Below are positions 8,909-18,463 of a stretch of DNA of 64,000 bases, in pieces. Position 1 is the first letter of the stretch, and each line of letters begins with the position of its first letter. Made by a program: the position numbers and the translations under genes. The stretch lies in NCBI GenBank assembly GCA_963675745.2, contig CAXXWX010000017.1, forward strand, positions 1 to 64,000, given 5' to 3'. Origin of the DNA: Phycisphaerae bacterium (GTDB taxonomy: Bacteria > Planctomycetota > Phycisphaerae > UBA1845 > Fen-1342). The notes beneath the pieces are model-generated. The model worked only from the letters and a program-made list of their open reading frames with translations. It was not told the DNA's origin and did not search any database.

Positions 8909-10732
8909 CTATGCGTCGGGATAAAGATCCAGCGCCCGATTCCAGGCCGTCAGTTTCTTCACCCGTCCGGCCCGGTCCTTCGGCAGATCGAAGGGCCGAC
9001 CGCGGCCGTCGAGGATTAGACCGACCACCCCGCCCGTGACCTCGCGTTCCACGGGCTGCCCTGGTCCGTTGCCCAGATTGAAGCCCTTGGCCGGTGTGGC
9101 CACGATACGGGCTTTTTTACCGGTCTCCAGTGGTATCAACTGGAGGTCGCCGACATTGACGCTGTGGCTTGACCGCTGGCCGTTGGCCTCGAACTCGATC
9201 TCCATGCATGGCGCCCCGTCCTTACCCTTGCCAACGGGCGCGATGCACCATCCCAGCCGGATCAGGCAGTCTTTGTTGAACACATCCAGGGCGGCCGCCT
9301 CGTTCACGGTGCTCAGCACGCCGAGTTGAGGCATCATAAAGATCGAGTCTACAGTCAGTTCAGTGAATCCCTCGGGCCGGAAGCCGTCGATCATCATCAA
9401 CGCGCCCTGGTTTCGTCGCGGGCTGTGCGACAGCACGCCGCCCGAGCCGACGATCATGTCGAGCGCGAGCAGGTTAACCAGCGTCTGGCCGGACAGCTCC
9501 TGCGCGAACGCGTCGGCGATGGAACGTTGTTGCTGCACCCCTTTGAGGCCGACCGCCATCTGCTTGTGCTGCACAAACGCCAGCCGCAGCGCCTCGCGTG
9601 CGAGGGCCTGCTCGATCATGAGCTCGTCCAGCGTCTGCGGGATCGTGGTCGGGCGGATCATCTTGTTGCGGATGCGGTTGCGGATGTCGATTTCGTCAAC
9701 GTCCAGCGGTACCCAGCGGACGATGTTCTCGAATCCGGCTTCGGCGACGACGTTGAAGATGCTGTAGCTCATGCCCAGGTTGGCGCTGACGGTGCGGTTG
9801 AACACGGTAGCGCTGGCCGGATTATCCTGGTCGCCGCGAAAGACGCTGAAAACGTCAGTGGTGGCGCCGCCGATGTCCACGCCTACAACCTGGATCTTCT
9901 CGCGCTCGGCGATCAGCTGCATGATCAGTCCGACAGCGCCGGGCGTGGGCATCAACGGGACGGTGGTCCAGGTCATGAGCTTGCTGTAACCGGGGGCCTG
10001 GGCCATGACGTGCTCTAGAAACAGGTCGTGGATTTTGTCACGGGCGGGCTTGAGATTCTCGGCTTCCAGCGTAGGGCGGATGTTCTCGGTTATGTACAGG
10101 GCCGTTTTGCCGTCCAGGCTGCGCCGGATTTCGTCGTGGGCCTTGTTGTTGCCGGCGAAGATCACGGGGAGCTTGAAGCCCATGCCGAATCTAGGCTTGG
10201 GGTCGGCGGCGGCGATGATCTCGCCCATTTCGACAACGTGCTTGACGGTGCCGCCGTCAGTTCCGCCTGAAACGAGAATCATGTCGGGTCGCATGGCGCG
10301 AATTCGCTCGATGCGCTCGTGGGTGAGGCGTCCGTCGTTGGTGGCCAGGGCATCCATGACGATGGCCCCGGCGCCCAGGGCGGCGCGTTCGGCGCTTTCC
10401 GCGGTCATGCTCTTCACGACGCCGGCCACCATCAATTGCAGGCCGCCGCCGGCGCTGCTGGTACCGACATACGCGTCGCAGCCGTTCTCGCCCTCACGCG
10501 GCAGCCAGATACCCTCATCCTTGATCAGCTTGCGTCCGGTCAGATCCTCGATCTCGCCCACCGCGTTGATCACGCCACGCGTGACATCTTCGGCCGGGGC
10601 TTCCACGGTCGTGGGTGCCTCACCTCGGCTGATCAGCCGATAGGCGTCCTCCTGCTTGTCTATCAGGATGGCCTTGGTGGTGGTGGAGCCGCAGTCGGTT
10701 GCAAGAATGGTTTTGACTTCTTTTTCCGCCAT
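8909..10732 (-). CDS. Glutamate mutase L (GlmL/MutL-family) ASKHA-fold ATPase
   Basis: DCGSTTTK, SSAGGGL, GGTDGG, PTPGAV, VDIGGATTDVFS, RTVSANLGMS and DGRGRP motifs. Confidence 0.8.
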   Translation of the reverse strand: MAEKEVKTILATDCGSTTTKAILIDKQEDAYRLISRGEAPTTVEAPAEDVTRGVINAVGEIEDLTGRKLIKDEGIWLPREGENGCDAYVGTSSAGGGLQLMVAGVVKSMTAESAERAALGAGAIVMDALATNDGRLTHERIERIRAMRPDMILVSGGTDGGTVKHVVEMGEIIAAADPKPRFGMGFKLPVIFAGNNKAHDEIRRSLDGKTALYITENIRPTLEAENLKPARDKIHDLFLEHVMAQAPGYSKLMTWTTVPLMPTPGAVGLIMQLIAEREKIQVVGVDIGGATTDVFSVFRGDQDNPASATVFNRTVSANLGMSYSIFNVVAEAGFENIVRWVPLDVDEIDIRNRIRNKMIRPTTIPQTLDELMIEQALAREALRLAFVQHKQMAVGLKGVQQQRSIADAFAQELSGQTLVNLLALDMIVGSGGVLSHSPRRNQGALMMIDGFRPEGFTELTVDSIFMMPQLGVLSTVNEAAALDVFNKDCLIRLGWCIAPVGKGKDGAPCMEIEFEANGQRSSHSVNVGDLQLIPLETGKKARIVATPAKGFNLGNGPGQPVEREVTGGVVGLILDGRGRPFDLPKDRAGRVKKLTAWNRALDLYPDA

Positions 10733-11134
10733 GGAGACCGTTTCCGTTCAGAGGGATTGCCGCGTTACCTCATCTCACCCAACCCGGTGCGCCGGAGTTT
10801 GTCACCGCGCGTGCGCGCGGTCAAGCCAAGCATCATAGTCTGCGCGGGCGATCCAGCCAAGAGCGAATCGGCGGGGCCAAGCGGCAAACGGTGTGTCGCA
10901 CAACGATTACGCCGGATTTCTTGTACGTCGGAAATGCCGCCGGTACGATGCGCCATACCATATCGTCCTCGGCGGTCCAGGTGGAAACGGCCCCATGAGG
11001 AAAACGCCGCATGGGATCGCCAGGCGGATTCCGGAAGCTGCGCTGCTGATCGAGGTCGCCGCCGATGCCGAGCGCGGGATTGAGACTGCCGCGGGGTGGA
11101 TTGGCGATGCGTTTGTCGCGGGACGGAGTTATTG

Positions 11135-11560
11135 ATGGCAGATAGTGCCACACGCGCTTGTCGCGGTTGCGGGGCGGCCTACGCGGTTAGCTTCCGATTC
11201 TGCCCGGCGTGCGGACAGCCCGCTCCTGATGCTCCAAGCCTGCCCGAGCCGGACATCTATCGCCCCCCGACCGGTGATGGTGACGCCACCGGCGGACTGA
11301 TCCCGTACAAGAACATGCCGGCGTTGTTCGCGTACTACTGCGGCGTTTTCTCGCTCATCCCCCTGTTCCCGATCGGCATCGTGGCGGTGATCCTGGGGAT
11401 CATCGGCTTGCGCGCCTACAAGCGCCAGCCGGCCATCCGCGGACGTGTTCACGCGTGGATCGGCATTATTCTCGGCGGTCTATTCGGCTTGCTGTACCTT
11501 GCGCTGACCGTCCTCATGATCGCCGCGGCCATTGCCGCCGCGAGGGAATCAGGGGCTTAG
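11135..11560 (+). CDS. Zn-ribbon + DUF4190-like two-TM membrane protein
   Basis: CRGC..FCPACG; GGLIPYKNMPALFAYYCG; AVILGIIGL..GRVHAWIGIILG; SD GGAG before ATG 11135. Confidence 0.75.
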   Translation: MADSATRACRGCGAAYAVSFRFCPACGQPAPDAPSLPEPDIYRPPTGDGDATGGLIPYKNMPALFAYYCGVFSLIPLFPIGIVAVILGIIGLRAYKRQPAIRGRVHAWIGIILGGLFGLLYLALTVLMIAAAIAAARESGA

Positions 11561-11663
11561 CAGCTATCCCGAAACCCGCACTGTGCTGATTTTCAATCGG
11601 TGAATTTCACTGGTTACAAACCAGTGCCACAGTTTGGGGGTAGCCGCCAGCCGCTGTTGCCGG

Positions 11664-12560
11664 CTATTCCCCGTCGGGCGCCTCGGGCTTGAAATACTCG
11701 ATGGCACCGGCGAACTGCTCGAATAGCGGCAGGTCGATCTCGTACGAACCGGGCGTGGCGACCAATTCGACGATATACCCGAGGTCGTTCGCAAGCAGCG
11801 CCCGAAATTGCGACTTGAGCCGCTTGCCCTGCCACGCCTGGATTTGGACGAATCCGCGTCCGCGGGGGCACTCAATCTCTTCCAGCGACTCACGCCCGTC
11901 GGCGGTCAGCAGCTTGTACTTCTCGGCCACGTCATCCACCGATGAGTCGGGCGGCATTGGATAGACCCGGATCGTGGCTACATTCGTGACGTTCTCCTGT
12001 TCCGCCGCGCACCAGACCTTGCGCAGCGTGAACACCGCCATCGAGCTCTCCGGCACCATCGGGTCCGGCATAGATTCGTGAAACGTCCAATCGGGCGTCA
12101 GCGGCACGCGGTATCCGAAGCGCGAGTGCGTGTATGTGCCGATCTGATCCAATTCCGCCGTGGTGGGTGGCCCGATGGAGCTCGACGTAGTGGGCGGCTC
12201 GGTCTTCATGAGCACGGCCAGCATGGGCGTGTTCTGATCCGCTCCGGACGCGAGATGCACAGGCGTCTTGCCGCGCGAATCCGACGCCGTCACATCGGCG
12301 CCGTGATCGACGAGACATTTCGCCATCTCCAGGCTCCCGGCCAACACCGCGGCGTGCAACGGCGTCTGCCCGCCCTCCCCGGCGCAGTTTACATCGGCAC
12401 CGTCGCCGAGCAGCCGTGCGACGCGCGCCACGTCATCCGCGTCAACCGCCGCGAAGAGCTCCGCACAGCTATCCGTTTGCGCGGGGCGTTTGTCACATCC
12501 GGGTGTAGTAAGCATGCCAACGGCCAGCGCGATGATTGCCATCGTGCGCAGCTTTGTCAT
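11664..12560 (-). CDS. Lipoprotein with ankyrin repeats and an uncharacterised C-terminal domain
   Basis: Lipobox-like TPG-C after a hydrophobic stretch; GQTPLHAA and GKTPVHLA ankyrin motifs; SD GAGGAG. Confidence 0.8.
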   Translation of the reverse strand: MTKLRTMAIIALAVGMLTTPGCDKRPAQTDSCAELFAAVDADDVARVARLLGDGADVNCAGEGGQTPLHAAVLAGSLEMAKCLVDHGADVTASDSRGKTPVHLASGADQNTPMLAVLMKTEPPTTSSSIGPPTTAELDQIGTYTHSRFGYRVPLTPDWTFHESMPDPMVPESSMAVFTLRKVWCAAEQENVTNVATIRVYPMPPDSSVDDVAEKYKLLTADGRESLEEIECPRGRGFVQIQAWQGKRLKSQFRALLANDLGYIVELVATPGSYEIDLPLFEQFAGAIEYFKPEAPDGE

Positions 12561-12625
12561 GGCCAGATACTCCTCATTCGCGAAGCGCGCGGCAGCGCTT
12601 GTCCGGGCGACGTTCCGTCGAGTGG

Positions 12626-13390
12626 TCAGTCCGCGCGGTGCTGGGCGAACAGCCAGTTCCAGAACTCAGCGTCCGCATAGACCCGGTCCCAGATTCCATG
12701 CGTTCCGTCTTCGTACTCCGTGTAGCGGACCTTGGCGCCGGCCTCCGTGAGCGTCTGGACCATGCGGCGCGAGTCGGTCACGGGGACGGCCTGGTCGAGC
12801 GCGCCGTGATAGACCGCCAGCGGCAGTTTCGCCAGCCGGGGCACGAGCGATTGCGGCTCGTCGAGCCGCTCTTCGTGTATTGCGCAGATCGGGGCAATCG
12901 CGGCGAAGCGCCCGTCGAGCAGCGCGCCGAAGTGCCAGCATCCGCCGCCCCCCAGGGACAGCCCGGTCAGGTACAGCTGCTGCGGATCGAGGTGGTACTG
13001 GCGCCCCGTTTCGTTCAGACACGCCAGCACCATGTCGGTCATCTTGGGTGACCACCAGACGTCATCACGGCGGCATTGGGGCATCACGACAATCGCCGGC
13101 ACGCGCTGGCTGTTGAGACGAATGGCACGGCCGATACCGACTTCGGTCTGTTTGAAGCCGTCTTCACCGCGCTCGCCGGAACCGTGCAGAAAGAGGATCA
13201 TCGGCCATGGTTTGTCGGCACGGTAGGTCGGAGGAACGTACACGCTGTAGGCATAAGTTTCGTTTTCGACGGTGACTGTTTTGTAGATGAACCCCATGGG
13301 CATGTCCGCCGTTGCGTTCTTATCAGTCGCCGGCGGCGCGCCGGTCGCCGTCAAGGCCAGTGGCAGGATTGTAACGAACATCCACAGCAT
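12626..13390 (-). CDS. Secreted alpha/beta hydrolase (phospholipase/carboxylesterase, COG4099-like)
   Basis: LFLHGSGERG, GLSLGG nucleophile elbow, HGALD and H catalytic motifs; signal peptide. Confidence 0.85.
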   Translation of the reverse strand: MLWMFVTILPLALTATGAPPATDKNATADMPMGFIYKTVTVENETYAYSVYVPPTYRADKPWPMILFLHGSGERGEDGFKQTEVGIGRAIRLNSQRVPAIVVMPQCRRDDVWWSPKMTDMVLACLNETGRQYHLDPQQLYLTGLSLGGGGCWHFGALLDGRFAAIAPICAIHEERLDEPQSLVPRLAKLPLAVYHGALDQAVPVTDSRRMVQTLTEAGAKVRYTEYEDGTHGIWDRVYADAEFWNWLFAQHRAD

Positions 13391-13552
13391 GGCGTGTCTC
13401 TCCTTGGTTCATGCCTGACGGCCTCGACCGCGCGATGCGGCTCCCGCATAATAAGTCCACGATATATGTTAACCCGCAAACGGCGCCGGCGAAAAGCTCG
13501 CGCTCGCGCACGTGAGCCGTGGCCGCGATGATCACAGGGCAGTACACCGGGC

Positions 13553-14737
13553 ATGAGCGCAACACAGCGGCACATCCTGCACCTCGACATGGACGCGTTT
13601 TACGCAGCCGTCGAGCAGCGCGACAACCCGGAGCTGCGCGGCAAACCGGTCCTCGTCGGCGGCAGCCCGGAGGGCCGCGGCGTCGTGTCGACCGCGAGCT
13701 ACGAGGCCCGGCCGTTCGGGTGCCACAGCGCCATGCCGATGGCCCAGGCACTGCGCCTCTGTCCGCACGCGATTGTCGTTTCGGGCCACATGAGCCGCTA
13801 TGTCGAGGTTTCTCGGCAGGTCTTCGCCGTTCTCGAACAATTTACGCCGCTGATCGAACCGCTCTCGATTGATGAGGCCTTTATCGATGTGACCGGGTCA
13901 ACGCGCCTGTTCGGAACGCCGGTTGAGATTGCCGCCGAAATCAAGCGGCGCGTGCGCGACGAGACGCATCTGACCGCGTCGGTCGGCGTCGCGCCGAACA
14001 AGTTCCTGGCCAAAATCGCCAGTGATTTAGAGAAGCCCGACGGGCTGGTCGTCGTGCCGCCCGATGCTGTCGCCGCCTTCCTCGCGCCGCTCCCGATCGC
14101 GAAGCTATGGGGGGCCGGTGCTGTCACGCAACAGCACTTCGAGCGTCTGGGCGTTCGGACATTTGGCGATGCGCGCGGACTCTCCGAGGAAACCCTGGCA
14201 CGTGAGTTCGGCGAACAGGGGGAGCACTTCTACCGATTGGTGCGCGGCATCGACGACCGCCGCGTCGAGCCGGATTGCGAAGCCAAGAGCATCAGTCATG
14301 AAGTGACCTTCGCGCGGGACATTGCCGACCTGGACTATGTGCGCACGGTATTGCTGGAACTGCTGGAGCAGGTCGCCGGCCGGTTGCGCAAGCACGACCG
14401 TCTGGCGCAGACCGTCACACTCAAGGTTCGCAGCCCGGATTTCGTGACGCTCACACGCCGTAAGACGCTGCCCGCCATGACCGACAGCACCGACGAACTG
14501 TGGCAGGCGGTGGCCGAACTCTATGAAACCTGGCGCCGGCAGCGACCGACGCCGGTTCGGTTGATCGGCGTGGGTGTTTCAGGCTTTGCGGAGGAGCAGG
14601 GGCGCCAACTGCCGCTCTTTGGCCGGGAAGAGGACGCCCGGCGCAAGCGGCTCGACCGCACCATGGATGAAATCCAGGATCGTTTCGGCAAAGGCGCGAT
14701 CAAACGTGGCGGCGGCACGCGCGATGAACGCCTGTAG
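13553..14737 (+). CDS. dinB: DNA polymerase IV (Y-family)
   Basis: HLDMDAFYAAVE, STASYEAR, SIDEAFID, SVGVAPNKFLAKIASD, KPDG; little finger with VRLIGV. Confidence 0.95.
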   Translation: MSATQRHILHLDMDAFYAAVEQRDNPELRGKPVLVGGSPEGRGVVSTASYEARPFGCHSAMPMAQALRLCPHAIVVSGHMSRYVEVSRQVFAVLEQFTPLIEPLSIDEAFIDVTGSTRLFGTPVEIAAEIKRRVRDETHLTASVGVAPNKFLAKIASDLEKPDGLVVVPPDAVAAFLAPLPIAKLWGAGAVTQQHFERLGVRTFGDARGLSEETLAREFGEQGEHFYRLVRGIDDRRVEPDCEAKSISHEVTFARDIADLDYVRTVLLELLEQVAGRLRKHDRLAQTVTLKVRSPDFVTLTRRKTLPAMTDSTDELWQAVAELYETWRRQRPTPVRLIGVGVSGFAEEQGRQLPLFGREEDARRKRLDRTMDEIQDRFGKGAIKRGGGTRDERL

Positions 14738-14814
14738 CGGCCGACGTCCTCGTCGGCCGTCGGACGTCGATGACCGTTGGTACTTCCACGGCCGACGAGG
14801 ACGTCGGCCGCTAC
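14734..14814. repeat. Inverted pair of GTAG-type REP palindromes
   Basis: GTAGCGGCCGACGTCCTCGTCGGCCGT (14734-14760) and its exact reverse complement (14788-14814). Confidence 0.85.
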
Positions 14815-15869
14815 TTGGGGGAGAGGGAGCGCGACTTACCAGCGGCGCCGCGGTCCGCGTAGTGGGCCGCGATTGTCGGCAACAGGTATTCATTGAACGC
14901 ACGCTGGAGGTCGTATTCCGGTGACCAACCCCAGTCGTTGCGCGCCGGCGTGTCATCGACGTCGGCGGGCCACGAGTCAACGATGCGCGCGCGTGGCACG
15001 TCCGGGGCGAATGACACATCCGCCTTCGGGAAACACTTGGCGACGATGTCGCGGATCTCACCCGCCGTCGGGCTGAACGCGGTCACGTTGTACACGCGTT
15101 GCCCCAGCTTCTCGGCCGGGGCGCCCGCCAGGTTGATCAGCGCCTTGATCGCGTCCGGCATGGTCATCAGCGGAATCCGCGCGGTCTCGCCGACGAAGCA
15201 CGCGTAGGGCTTGCCCTGGGCGGCGGCGTGGATCATCTCCGGCGCGAAGTCGCTGGTGCCGCCCGACGGCATCGTCACGGCGCTGATCAGGCCCGGGAAT
15301 CGCAAGGCGCGAAAATCCACGCCGCTGCCGCGCTCCTCAGCCGATAGCTGGCGATAGTGCAGCGTGTAGTAACGTCCGAGCTGCTCGCAGTAGAGCTTGT
15401 TGCAGCCGTACATGGTTGTCGGGAAGTTCCACTCGGTTTCCTTGACCTTGCCGGCCGCCTCCTTCGTGCTCACGTCGGGCAGCCCATACGCGGCGACGGA
15501 ACTGGGGAACAGGAATGTCACCGGGTTACCGTGCCAGCGGGCCTGTTCGATGGCGATCTTCAGCAGGTTGAGCGTACCGTTGACGTTCACATCGTGAGCG
15601 GCGTCGGGGACAAACTCGGCGCGTGTGCTGAGCAGTGCCGCCAAGTGGTAAATTTCGTGAATCTCGTACTCGCTGATCAGACGCTGGAGCAGACTCTGGT
15701 CGAGAATATCGCCGGCGATGGTGGCGACGCAGTGTGGTCTGAGCCTCTCATCGACCGGCTTCAGATCGAGAGCCACAATGTCCTTGTCGCCATGGCCGGC
15801 GAAGTGCTCGATCAAGCCATGGCCGATCTCGCCATTGGCACCGGTGATGAGGATAACAGGCTTACGCAC
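14811..15869 (-). CDS. NAD-dependent epimerase/dehydratase, L-threonine 3-dehydrogenase-like extended SDR
   Basis: TGANGEIG, YHLAALLS, YGCNK (YxxxK), GGTSD, IVDSWP and WGWSP motifs typical of the SDR-type TDH family. Confidence 0.8.
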   Translation of the reverse strand: MRKPVILITGANGEIGHGLIEHFAGHGDKDIVALDLKPVDERLRPHCVATIAGDILDQSLLQRLISEYEIHEIYHLAALLSTRAEFVPDAAHDVNVNGTLNLLKIAIEQARWHGNPVTFLFPSSVAAYGLPDVSTKEAAGKVKETEWNFPTTMYGCNKLYCEQLGRYYTLHYRQLSAEERGSGVDFRALRFPGLISAVTMPSGGTSDFAPEMIHAAAQGKPYACFVGETARIPLMTMPDAIKALINLAGAPAEKLGQRVYNVTAFSPTAGEIRDIVAKCFPKADVSFAPDVPRARIVDSWPADVDDTPARNDWGWSPEYDLQRAFNEYLLPTIAAHYADRGAAGKSRSLSPK

Positions 15870-15950
15870 GCGCGAATCTCCGAGCAGGGGGGTGGTTGGT
15901 TGCGGTTAGAGTGTGCGGAAAATCGCCGCCCGGTGCAAGAGGGGGGAGGG

Positions 15951-16038
15951 GAATGCAGAATGCAGAATGAGGAATGCAGAAACCGGGAAGACGGCAGTGT
16001 ATCCTCATTCCGCATTCCTCATTCTGCATTCTTCATTC
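15951..16038. repeat. Inverted heptamer-repeat element (GAATGVR)n...(CATTC..)n
   Basis: GAATGCA GAATGCA GAATGAG GAATGCA, a spacer, then complementary CATTCCG CATTCCT CATTCTG CATTCTT CATTC. Confidence 0.85.
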
Positions 16039-17090
16039 GCGGTAATCGCCTCTCCCGCGGCGGCGGCATCGAGAAACGCCCGCCGCGCGAGTGCGAAGAG
16101 CACCAACGCGCCCACGACAAACACGAACGTGACACAACTGGTAACGCCGCTGACGATGGTCGCCGCCAGCAGTAGAGCAACAATCGGCGGATTGGCAATC
16201 CGATTGGGCGGCGTCGTCACCGTGCTTGGGGCCGTCGTTGAGACATAGCCGAAACTGACAAGCGCCGGTGCGGTAGTCGCCGCGGTAGTCGGTGCGGATG
16301 TCGGCGCTGCGCCCGGCGGCCCCGGCATCACAAACGTGCGCGAGAAGACCACCGTTGCGTACATTGTCGTGACCATCGCGGCAACCGCCAGCAGCCCCGT
16401 CAGCAGAAAGCCCCAGAACTCGACGCTGGCGAACCGCACCAACCCTGGGTTGGGGAGACGTCCGAACAGATGACGCAGCAGCCGCAGCGTTGCCAGCGTG
16501 ATCATCAGCAGTGTCAGCGTCAGGCCGGCCCACCAGGTGATGTAGGCCAATTCAAATCCGCTGGCGTCTGTCATATCAGGCTCAGAGGTGACCACCAGGA
16601 AGCCCGCCATTCCGACCGCCACGATAGCGGCCAGCAGCCACAGGCAAAGTCGCAGGAAGCTCCGAGCGGTGAGCCGTTCGGTGCCGAGTGCCTCTTCGGC
16701 CGGCTCGCGCCGGGAGAGGCGCACGAGGCCGACGATGCCGACGATGGAGAACGCCAGGACTAGCGGCCCAATGATACACTGCCCGAAATGGACCCCCGGG
16801 AGAGTGGTACCAGCGACGACCAACGCATATAGCAGTGGCACGATGATCAAACCGATCAGGCAAATCAGCAACAGCCCCGCGCCGCCGGCCAGGCCGCGTA
16901 CCCAACTCGGGTCGGCGAAGCGCAGGTAGCGCCGCCGGGCCGACTCTTCAACCAGCGTCCCGCACTCGGGGCAAGTGCCGTCCGCCGCGAGCGAGCGCAG
17001 GTTGTAACCACACCTGGTACACGGCACATCAACGTTGACCCGGCCCTCGCCGTCGGTCGGAAACTCGTGTGGCGTGTATGTCGCGCCCAT
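16005..17090 (-). CDS. Zn-ribbon multi-TM membrane protein, paralog 4 of 4
   Basis: CTRCGYNLRSL..CPECG, ADPSWVRGLAGG, about 6 TM segments, RLPNPGLVRFA, Thr/Pro-rich loop. Confidence 0.8.
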   Translation of the reverse strand: MGATYTPHEFPTDGEGRVNVDVPCTRCGYNLRSLAADGTCPECGTLVEESARRRYLRFADPSWVRGLAGGAGLLLICLIGLIIVPLLYALVVAGTTLPGVHFGQCIIGPLVLAFSIVGIVGLVRLSRREPAEEALGTERLTARSFLRLCLWLLAAIVAVGMAGFLVVTSEPDMTDASGFELAYITWWAGLTLTLLMITLATLRLLRHLFGRLPNPGLVRFASVEFWGFLLTGLLAVAAMVTTMYATVVFSRTFVMPGPPGAAPTSAPTTAATTAPALVSFGYVSTTAPSTVTTPPNRIANPPIVALLLAATIVSGVTSCVTFVFVVGALVLFALARRAFLDAAAAGEAITANEECRMRNAE

Positions 17091-17160
17091 GATGTGCCTC
17101 AGATGGCTTCAGACTGCCGCGAAACGTCCACCGGTTGAAACCCTGTGCCAGATTGAGGGC

Positions 17161-17260
17161 GGAATGCGGAATGATGAATGCAGAATGCAGAAGCCGCGAA
17201 AGCGGCCCCGTCGTCATGTGGCGCCGTGTTTCTGCATTCATCATTCCTCATTCTGCATTC
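17161..17260. repeat. Inverted heptamer-repeat element (second copy)
   Basis: GGAATGC GGAATGA TGAATGC AGAATGC AGAA ... TTCTGCATTCATCATTCCTCATTCTGCATTC. Confidence 0.85.
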
Positions 17261-17278
17261 TCACCACCCCGTTCCGGT

Positions 17279-18463
17279 TCATTCTGGCGCTCGGGGCTCG
17301 GTGCCCGCGGTATCTCCGGTCACGCCGGCGTCACCCGCTTTGGCGGCGGCACTGATCGCGCCATACGCCATGATCAGCAGTACCAGCCCCGCAATCGCAA
17401 AACCTGCGCCCGGGCACCCGCCGCATATCGTCAGACCTGATCCGATCATCATGCCCGAGTTGATCGGCCCGCCGTAGATTCCTACGGCGGTGGGGGCCGT
17501 CGGTTGCGTGGCGGGCGAATTGGCATCCGCCGTGGCTGACGTCGTTGTTGGTGGCTGGTCCGCGTCGCTGACATCTTCCACCGCGGCCGGCTGGGTGGAA
17601 CTCGACGATGCGCCCGCCGGAGCGGCGATCGTCGAAGTGGCCCCGGCGCGCAAGTACGGCGAGTTGGCCTGTGTCATCAGATTCCCCGCCCCGGCAATGC
17701 CTATCGTGATCAGGTAACCCCAGAACGCAATCCGGGCCAGGCGGCGCAACCCCGGCCGCGGTATGCGGTGCATCAGCGTGCCGATGTAGCTCATCACGGC
17801 ACAAGGCGTAACCAGAAACTGGATCGCCGCGGCGATATAGCCCCAGAGCAGCACCAGCCAGAACCACGGACGCGAGAGCAACTGCAGCGACGCGTTGATG
17901 TCGGGAGTGCCGATGAACAACCACCAGCACAACGACTGCACGACGCCGATCACATATGTCGCCAGCACCGCCCATGCACACACGCGCACGAATTGTCGCC
18001 CGGGCAGTGTCTCCGGATGTACGTTGACCTCGGCGGGGTTGGGGCTCGATAGCGCCAGCAATCCCAGTGTTGCCAGCGCGCCCAGGAGCAAGTTGACGGG
18101 CAGCGCGATCCACGTGACCTGTGACATGTACGCGGGCATCTGATCGGGAATGGTGGTGGGGTTGAAAGGAGCGAACGTCGCAAAAGCCACGGCGATAATG
18201 CCGGCCGTGAACAGTACGGTGAGGGCAATCATGAGCAGCAGCAGCGCCAGCCCGCGCGCGACGCGCCTGACCCACACCGGGTCGGCGTTGCTCAGCAAGT
18301 AGCCGCCGAGGGAAAAGCTAACCGGGGTGCCGCACTCGGGGCAGCGCAACTCGGCCGACAACATGCGCAGGTTATAGCCGCACGTCATGCACGGCTGATC
18401 CACCTCGACACAGCCCTGGGCATTCAGCGGGATGACGGCGGCTTGTTCGACCTCGTCGGTCAT
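17279..18463 (-). CDS. Zn-ribbon multi-TM membrane protein, paralog 3 of 4
   Basis: Likely start MTDEVEQ at 18463 (ATGA overlap with the upstream stop); CMTCGYNLRML..CPECG, ADPVWVRRVARG, RIPRPGLRRLA. Confidence 0.8.
   Translation of the reverse strand: MTDEVEQAAVIPLNAQGCVEVDQPCMTCGYNLRMLSAELRCPECGTPVSFSLGGYLLSNADPVWVRRVARGLALLLLMIALTVLFTAGIIAVAFATFAPFNPTTIPDQMPAYMSQVTWIALPVNLLLGALATLGLLALSSPNPAEVNVHPETLPGRQFVRVCAWAVLATYVIGVVQSLCWWLFIGTPDINASLQLLSRPWFWLVLLWGYIAAAIQFLVTPCAVMSYIGTLMHRIPRPGLRRLARIAFWGYLITIGIAGAGNLMTQANSPYLRAGATSTIAAPAGASSSSTQPAAVEDVSDADQPPTTTSATADANSPATQPTAPTAVGIYGGPINSGMMIGSGLTICGGCPGAGFAIAGLVLLIMAYGAISAAAKAGDAGVTGDTAGTEPRAPE

Noticed and set aside
8909..10732. DNA mismatch repair mutL
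   Set aside because: Name clash only; the motifs are ASKHA/GlmL, not GHKL.
10893..11135. 80-aa ORF upstream of the DUF4190 gene
   Set aside because: No recognisable motif or SD; I cannot support it as a gene.
13440..13552. SOS box upstream of dinB
   Set aside because: An AT-rich patch is present, but no recognisable LexA palindrome.
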